Assembly (NCBI GenBank): GCA_913043885.1
Contig: CAJWOB010000001.1
Location: 1 to 33,314, forward strand
DNA: 33,314 nucleotides
Reading direction: 5' to 3'
DNA from: an uncultured Spirochaetaceae bacterium
GTDB taxonomy: Bacteria; Spirochaetota; Spirochaetia; SZUA-6; Bin103
In this document: in pieces, positions 27,828 through 33,314 of the stretch
Numbering within the stretch: position 1 is the stretch's first letter
Layout of the letters: each line of letters begins with the position of its first letter
Made by a program: the position numbers and the translations under genes
Notes under the pieces: generated by a model
Seen by the model: the letters and a program-made list of their open reading frames with translations, nothing else
Told to the model about the DNA's origin: nothing
The model's database searches: none

Positions 27828-28592
27828 GCTCACTCGTTTGATATTTCTAGAGATAGTCTCTTCCCTGGCGAGGTATTGTGTATCGAAGCGAGATCGCTTT
27901 CCTCGTCCATGTCTTAAGTAGGCTCAAATTATCTAAGATTTTTGGTTCCACGTACCCACCTACTATGGATCCGATAGGATGTCGCAGTGTGTTGCGTATA
28001 GGGTCTTCGTTGGACGCGCTTGGCCGAATTCGTTCGGCGGATGTCACAGATCGCGACGTCTCATTAACTTCTCCTGCCTACAACGGTGCTTGGATTTCGT
28101 GTTGAGTCCTTATCGCCCCGTGCCGTCATGAAACGAGCGCAGTGATTCTTTCGATGGCCATTACTTGTGTGTTAAAAACAGCCGGATCCATCCCATCTCG
28201 AACCTTTGGCAGATCCTTTAACGAAAATTCCACCGATAGAGCCGCTAAAAATGGACCTGGCGGGGCGTATGAGTTCGAAAGTCTTGCTGGAGGCTGTCCT
28301 GGAATCCTATGTAGTGACTGTCCGATGGACCTACCAAGGCTCTGAGATATAGGCAGGCATCCCTTTGTGGAGCGTAGCGCTCTGCATATACTGCGGCATA
28401 GAGTGCGTCCACCGCCCTATGGCTGGACGCAGCCCTATCGGTGTCCGGCGTCCTGGAAGGGGGCACCGCCAGGGGCTGTTGGTGTGCGCTCAAGCACACC
28501 AACGATTGCTTATGGTTGCTAAGTAGAGCGGTAGTGGTTGCTTTTTTCCGGTACCTCCGTGATAAGGACGCTCGGCATGGTGAGGGAGTAGG

Positions 28593-29132
28593 ATGCCACA
28601 GACACTCCTCAAGACGATTCCTGGGGAGCGCTTCACGCCCTACACGCTGGCGCACAAGATAGAGGCGCGTGCGCTCCTGGAGTCGGCCTCCTTCCACCGT
28701 GGCCAGCAGCGCTACTCTATTCTCCTTCTCCAGTATGCCTTTACTGTCAACGAGTCGCAGGGAACCATGTATCTACGCAAGGACGGTGAGTGGTTCCGTC
28801 TGCGAAGCGAAGGGAAAGCCCTCATTGATATCCTTTTGCACTTCGCCAACCAGCACAGCGAGGAGCGTCACCGGTTTCCGTCTCCTGCCGGAGGCGTTGG
28901 GTATCTCTCGTATGAGTACGCGGCCCAGTTCGATACGGTAACACTGACGGCGAAGCGGGACTCGCTATCGCTACCAGAAGGTCAGTTTATCTTCGGCCAC
29001 GTGTTCGTCGTCTTCGACGACTACACAGACACCCTCACACTAGTGCCGATTAACTATCGGGAGCATGACGCGGATCTCGAAGCGGCGCTCTCAGCGGCTG
29101 AGGCGCGGATAAACGATCTCGACTTCAATTAG
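28593..29132 (+). pseudogene. Truncated, diverged copy of the anthranilate synthase component I N-terminal region (trpE')
   Basis: The 179-codon ORF aligns without gaps to residues 1-178 of the trpE at 29909. By my manual count about 140/178 residues are identical, including the LLES Trp-feedback motif. It ends at TAG where trpE has TAC (Tyr). Similarity persists a few codons beyond the stop (LAEVPPEPG vs LAAAPPVRG). Confidence 0.8.
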
Positions 29133-29210
29133 CTCGCCGAAGTTCCACCCGAACCTGGCATCACCGTCAAAGTTAAAAAAATCGGAAGTGGTTCCTCGAA
29201 TGAGTGTGTC

Positions 29211-29624
29211 GTGAACAACGTGAGCTCGGTCCTGCTAGAGCGCAATCTGTGCGGGGATCCGGAGCTGCGCTAAACTAGCAAGGGATCGGCGGTGTGTACC
29301 CTCGTCGTTGCCTGTAACCGTTCCTACAAGGTAGAGGACGAGCGCCAGGAGCACGTGTCGTTCTTCGAGACCACCACCTGGGGCAAGCTGGCGACTACGT
29401 GCGCAGAATACCTGACGAAGGGGCGCGGCGTTCGTGTGGTCGGGCGGCTCGAACGAGAACGCTGGAAAGACGGCGAGGGCAATCCGCGCGCCCGGGTGGT
29501 GGTGATTGCCGAGCACGTGGAGTTCAAGCCACGGCGCCGTCCGGAGGCCGAAGAAGGCGTTGCTGCCGCCGGCGACGCCGCGGAGGTTCCGGCCGAGGAG
29601 GATGCCGAGGCCCTCGCCTCATAG
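29211..29624 (+). pseudogene. ssb: Single-stranded DNA-binding protein gene with in-frame TAA (29271-29273)
   Basis: From GTG 29211 the frame reads VNNVSSVLLERNLCGDPELR*TSKGSAVCTLVVACNRSYK...VSFFETTTWGKLA...GRGVRVVGRLERERW...VVVIAEHVEFK, a complete OB-fold SSB. The stop sits where SSBs carry a conserved Tyr (E. coli DPEVRYMPNG). The ORF track only shows the downstream part, 29292..29624. Confidence 0.8.
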
Positions 29625-29716
29625 TCGCCCGCTGCGCGGGATAGCATGGCGAACCGCCTGCGACGGGGCCGCCGCGGTGTTGACCAGCGCGGTGAGCATG
29701 TATTACACCTTCGGCG

Positions 29717-29770
29717 ATGACACTGGCCTGCACTGGCCTGCAGCGACAGTGGTGGTGGTCTGTGGCGTAA
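29717..29770 (+). CDS. trpL: trp operon leader peptide (MTLACTGLQRQWWWSVA)
   Basis: ATG 29717 to TAA 29768-29770, 17 codons, with three consecutive TGG codons at 29750-29758. Located upstream of trpE and directly followed by alternative hairpins and a terminator. Too short for the ORF track. Confidence 0.7.
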   Translation: MTLACTGLQRQWWWSVA

Positions 29771-29815
29771 GCCGGGACCGCCACGCACCGTTGGTGTGCG
29801 CCGAAGCACACGACG

Positions 29816-29862
29816 ACCGCCGGTTCTGGTTGCCGAGTCGACCAGCACCGGCGGTTTCTTTT
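29816..29862 (+). terminator. trp attenuator terminator hairpin
   Basis: ACCGCCGG-TT-CTGGT ... ACCAG-CA-CCGGCGGT is followed by TTTCTTTT and ends 47 nt before the trpE ATG. Confidence 0.7.
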
Positions 29863-29908
29863 GCCCCGGTGCGTCGACGATGGCAACGATCGGCGTAGCG
29901 AGGGAGAT

Positions 29909-31300
29909 ATGCCACAGACGCTGTTCAAGACGATCCCTGGGGAGCGCTTCACTCCTTACACGCTGGCGCGCAAGCTGCACGCGCGGGCGCTGCTGGAGTC
30001 CGCGTCGTTTCATCGCGGGCGGGAACGCTACTCGATTCTCCTTCTCCAGGAGGCGTTCACCGTGTACCAGTGGCAGGGGGCGATCTTCCTGCGCAAAGAT
30101 GGCCGCCGCTTCCGACTCCGCAGTGAAGGCAGGGATATCCTGGATATTCTGCAGCACTTCGCCAACCAGCACAGCTCGGAGCGCCATCCTTTCCCGTTCC
30201 CGGCCGGCGGAATTGGCTATCTCTCGTACGAGTACGCGGCGCAGTTCGACACCGTGAATCTGACCGAGAAGCAGGACTCGCTGTCTCTGCCCGAGGGACA
30301 GTTTGTGTTCGGCCACGTCTTTGTGGTGTTCGACCACTACACGGATACGCTGACGCTGTGCGGCGTCAACTACCGGGAGCACGAGATCGACCTCGAAGAG
30401 GCGGTTGCGGCCGCCGAAGCGCGGATCAACGACCTGGATTTCAACTACCTCGCTGCCGCCCCCCCTGTGCGGGGTGCCAGAGTGGACGGCCAGGGAGACG
30501 AGGAGTGGTACCTCGATGGGGTGGAGTTCCTGCGCAGCGAGATCGTCAAAGGCAACCTGTTTCAGGCGGTGCTGTCGCGGCGTGTCACCATCGAGACCGA
30601 GCTCACCGCGCTTGAGGCATACCGTGCGCTACGCTCTAGCAACCCCTCCCCCTATATGTTCTACTTGGACTTCGGCGACTTTCAGCTGTTCGGCGCATCG
30701 CCCGAGGTCCACGTCAAGGCAAAGGAGGGGCGCGGCCTGCTGCGGCCGATTGCCGGCACCCGGCGGCGCGGCGTCGACCACAGCGACGACGTTGCCCTCG
30801 AGCGCGACCTGCTCAGCGACGAGAAGGAGCTGGCCGAGCACCTGATGCTGGTGGACCTGGCACGCAACGACCTCGGCCGGGTGTGTCGCGCGGGGTCGGT
30901 CGAGGTTACCGAGCGCAACGTCATCGAGCGCTACTCGCACGTCATGCACATCGTGTCGCAGGTGGAGGGCGAGCTCCTGCCCGACGCGAGCGGGCTCGAC
31001 GCCGTTCGCGCCACGTTTCCCGCCGGCACGGTGACGGGGGCACCAAAGATCCAGGCGATGGAGACCCTCGACGCCATCGAGCAGGAGAAGCGCGGATTCT
31101 ACGCCGGCATCGTGGGCTACATGGAGCCTGGCGGGTGGTTGGATACCTGCATCGCCATCAGGTCGGCGGTCAAGAAGGGCGATCGACTGGTGCTGCACGC
31201 AGGGGCTGGCGTCGTCTACGACTCGGTCCCGGCCAAGGAGCTCGAAGAGACGGTCAACAAGCTCGGCGCCCTTACCGCTGCCGTGGGCGTGGAGGTGTAG
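29909..31300 (+). CDS. trpE: Anthranilate synthase component I
   Basis: AGGGAG SD then ATG 29909. Has LLESASFHRG (Trp feedback site), PSPYMFY, EHLMLVDLARND, GAPK and GFYAGIVGY motifs; 463 codons. Confidence 0.93.
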   Translation: MPQTLFKTIPGERFTPYTLARKLHARALLESASFHRGRERYSILLLQEAFTVYQWQGAIFLRKDGRRFRLRSEGRDILDILQHFANQHSSERHPFPFPAGGIGYLSYEYAAQFDTVNLTEKQDSLSLPEGQFVFGHVFVVFDHYTDTLTLCGVNYREHEIDLEEAVAAAEARINDLDFNYLAAAPPVRGARVDGQGDEEWYLDGVEFLRSEIVKGNLFQAVLSRRVTIETELTALEAYRALRSSNPSPYMFYLDFGDFQLFGASPEVHVKAKEGRGLLRPIAGTRRRGVDHSDDVALERDLLSDEKELAEHLMLVDLARNDLGRVCRAGSVEVTERNVIERYSHVMHIVSQVEGELLPDASGLDAVRATFPAGTVTGAPKIQAMETLDAIEQEKRGFYAGIVGYMEPGGWLDTCIAIRSAVKKGDRLVLHAGAGVVYDSVPAKELEETVNKLGALTAAVGVEV

Positions 31301-31302
31301 GG

Positions 31303-32973
31303 ATGATCGCGATCATCGATAATTACGATTCGTTTACCTACAACCTGTATCAGTACGTGTCCTCCATTACCGACGACGAGGTGCGGGTATTCCGCAACGA
31401 CCGCATCGACGTCGACGAGCTGCGTCGGCTGCAGCCATCGGCGATCATCGTGTCGCCCGGCCCGGGACGCCCGGAAGACGCCGGGGTGTCCGTGGCCGCG
31501 ATCGAGGCACTGGCCGAAACGGTGCCGATACTCGGAGTCTGCCTCGGTCATCAGTCCATTGGCGCCGCCTTCGGTGCTGCGATCGTCAGCGCGTCGCGAA
31601 TCGTCCACGGCAAGACGGATAGCATCTCGTTGGATGGCCGCGGGCTCTTCCGCGGTCTGCCGCCTCAGGCCGAATTCACCCGCTACCACTCTCTGGTGAT
31701 CGATCGCGATACGCTGTCACCGGAGTTCGAGGTAACCGCGACGTCGTCGGACGGGGAGGTGATGGGCATCCGCCACCGCCAGTTATTGGTGGAGGGGGTG
31801 CAGTTCCACCCGGAGTCCATCGCGTCGCCGCACGGACTGCAGCTGCTGGCGAACTTCCTCGACTATCGACGCGAGCCGTTTCCGTACCCCGACGTACTCT
31901 CCGGTCTGCTGGCTGGCTCCGACCTGACGATGGAGCAGGCCGCCGAGGTGATGGACGAGGTAACCGAGGGGCGGCTGAGCAGCACCCGCCTTGCGGCCCT
32001 GCTGGTGGCGCTGGCGGCCAAGGGCTACACCGCCGAGGAGGTGGCCGGCTTTGCCTCGGTGCTCAAGCGCAAGAAGGTGGCGCTGCCCCACGACTCGCCG
32101 GTGGTGGACACCTGCGGCACCGGGGGCGATGGCCTGGAGACGTTCAACATCTCCTCGCTTGCAGCCCTTGTGGCCGCGGCTTGCGGCGCCACAGTAGCCA
32201 AGCATGGCAACCGCGGCGTGAGCTCTCCTACCGGAAGCGCCGACTTCTACACCGCGCTCGGCATTCCGAGCGCACTCGGCGCCGTCCAGAGTGCTCAGCT
32301 GCTGTCGCGCACCGGGTTTGCCTTCATGTTTGCACCCACCTACCACGGCGCCATGCGCCACGCTGCGCCGGTGCGGGCTGAGCTAGGCGTCAAGACGGTG
32401 ATGAACCTCCTGGGGCCGCTGGTGAACCCGGCCGAGGCGGAGTACCAGCTCATCGGCGTCTACGACGGGTCACTGGCGGCAACAGTAGCGCGAGCCGCGC
32501 GGCTGCTCGGCGTAAAGCGCGTGCTGGTGGCGCATGGCGCGGATGGGCTCGATGAGCTGTCGGTGACCGCACCCACGCAATTGGTGGAGATTGGAGAGGA
32601 CGACCAGCTGCGGGAGTGGTCGCTGGACCCGGCTGCATGCGGCATCACCGTGTCCTCCCTCGGTGACCTAAAGGGTGGCAGCGCGGCCGAGAACGCGGCC
32701 ACGGCCGAGAAGCTGCTCGCCGGGGCTGGCCCCAACGCCCTGGCCGACGCTGTCACCCTCAACGCCGGTGCCGCCCTCTACGTCGCCGGCATGGCCGCCG
32801 ACATTGCCGCCGGCGTAGCCATCGCTCGGGCCGCACTGACGGACGGCACGGCGCAGGCGAAGCTGGCAGAGATACGGCAGGAGATTGCGAACCTGCAGTC
32901 TCAGGAGCCTGGCGAGCCTGCGCAGGGTGCGAGCGTCGGCCCTGCCGCAGCAGTCTCGAGGATCCGGCGGTGA
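31303..32973 (+). CDS. trpGD: Bifunctional anthranilate synthase component II (glutamine amidotransferase) / anthranilate phosphoribosyltransferase
   Basis: ATG 31303, 2 nt after the trpE stop. MIAIIDNYDSFTYNLYQY, GVCLGHQ and FHPES form the class I GATase triad. DTCGTGGDG, KHGNRGVSS and MNLLGPLVNP are TrpD motifs. The upstream part of ORF 30883..32973 is an off-frame shadow of trpE. Confidence 0.92.
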   Translation: MIAIIDNYDSFTYNLYQYVSSITDDEVRVFRNDRIDVDELRRLQPSAIIVSPGPGRPEDAGVSVAAIEALAETVPILGVCLGHQSIGAAFGAAIVSASRIVHGKTDSISLDGRGLFRGLPPQAEFTRYHSLVIDRDTLSPEFEVTATSSDGEVMGIRHRQLLVEGVQFHPESIASPHGLQLLANFLDYRREPFPYPDVLSGLLAGSDLTMEQAAEVMDEVTEGRLSSTRLAALLVALAAKGYTAEEVAGFASVLKRKKVALPHDSPVVDTCGTGGDGLETFNISSLAALVAAACGATVAKHGNRGVSSPTGSADFYTALGIPSALGAVQSAQLLSRTGFAFMFAPTYHGAMRHAAPVRAELGVKTVMNLLGPLVNPAEAEYQLIGVYDGSLAATVARAARLLGVKRVLVAHGADGLDELSVTAPTQLVEIGEDDQLREWSLDPAACGITVSSLGDLKGGSAAENAATAEKLLAGAGPNALADAVTLNAGAALYVAGMAADIAAGVAIARAALTDGTAQAKLAEIRQEIANLQSQEPGEPAQGASVGPAAAVSRIRR

Positions 32974-33314
32974 GCGAGCGGTTGGCGGAGATCGTCGCGC
33001 GACGACGGTCGCGCCTCGCCAGCGAGGGCCGTGGCGGCCTCCAGGCCTGGCAGTCGCGCGAATTTCTGGCCCAGGCGGCGGAAGCCGGCGATGCGCGCGC
33101 CGCCCATGAGTATGGCCTGTACCTGATGGAGCGGGGTGATCCGGGCGCGGCGAGCGAAGCGCTGAACTGGCTGCAGCTGGCTGCGGAAAGCGGGCGCTTC
33201 GAGGCGTATGGCGATTACGCCTTTGCGCTCGCGGACTGGGACCATGGTCCGCATGATCTCGAGGCGGCGCGAGTTTGGTATGTGCGAGCGGGCGAGGCGG
33301 GCGGTCCCAGCTCC
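32970..33314 (+). CDS. Sel1/TPR-like repeat protein (N-terminal 115 codons; runs off the window)
   Basis: Not in the ORF track because there is no stop. The GTG at 32970 overlaps the trpGD stop (GTGA). It reads VSERLAEIVARRRSRLASEGRGGLQAWQSREFLAQAAEAGDARAAHEYGLYLMERGDPGAASEALNWLQLAAESGRFEAYGDYAFAL...ARVWYVRAGEAGG, which shows Sel1-like AAExG...A periodicity. Confidence 0.6.
   Translation, partial: MSERLAEIVARRRSRLASEGRGGLQAWQSREFLAQAAEAGDARAAHEYGLYLMERGDPGAASEALNWLQLAAESGRFEAYGDYAFALADWDHGPHDLEAARVWYVRAGEAGGPSS

Noticed and set aside
28240-28360. Fragments resembling a tRNA T-loop (GAGTTCGAAAG) or SRP-RNA-like strings (GTCCTGGAA, CCAAGGC)
   Set aside because: I could not build flanking stems, a cloverleaf or the conserved SRP domain IV motif. 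The resemblance is limited to short strings.
28593-29624. trpE' fragment and ssb read as one fusion ORF (same frame, separated by TAG and then TAA)
   Set aside because: Two stops would need read-through. The 26-codon linker shows decaying similarity to trpE and then none. ssb has its own N-terminus matching family starts. Frame identity has a one-in-three chance expectation.
29680-29707. Possible trp promoter TTGACC ... TATTAC
   Set aside because: The spacer is only 15 nt. The implied transcription start would leave almost no 5' UTR before the leader peptide ATG at 29717. I cannot support it from sequence alone.

Overview
High-GC bacterial chromosomal window; the flanks look roughly two-thirds G+C by eye (not computed). 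Most of it is conserved housekeeping genes, many translationally coupled by 4-nt GTGA/ATGA overlaps. In order: clpX (partial)-clpP-tig preceded by tRNA-Leu and tRNA-Gly on the minus strand; a PPC-domain lipoprotein gene broken by two in-frame stops; a tRNA-His/Arg/Lys cluster; msrB; an HD-domain hydrolase; a glyA-SDR-prpB-prpC-prpD string; tRNA-Pro and tRNA-Arg; an SDR; nth-apgM-lipoate/biotin-ligase-family; several hypothetical genes including an HExxH lipoprotein; VanZ; a CBM-like secreted protein; a 1072-codon acidic-repeat/TM/TPR protein; ilvE; a frameshifted MBL-fold hydrolase; and a hypothetical gene with an in-frame TAG. From about 26.25 to 29.2 kb the G+C content drops visibly. That stretch holds a strong sigma70-like promoter, an Asp/Gly/Thr-rich beta-barrel-like secreted protein and a clean intrinsic terminator. 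It then has about 760 bp with no credible ORF, a diverged truncated second copy of the trpE 5' region with a remnant leader, and an ssb gene carrying an in-frame TAA. The genuine trp operon follows: a 17-codon leader peptide with three consecutive Trp codons plus a terminator/attenuator, trpE, fused trpG-trpD, and a Sel1-repeat gene that runs off the window. I see no CRISPR array, transposase, integrase or recognisable defence/toxin system. The most unusual content is the trp leader/duplication/ssb junction, the low-GC insert, and the concentration of nonsense/frameshift lesions in accessory genes.
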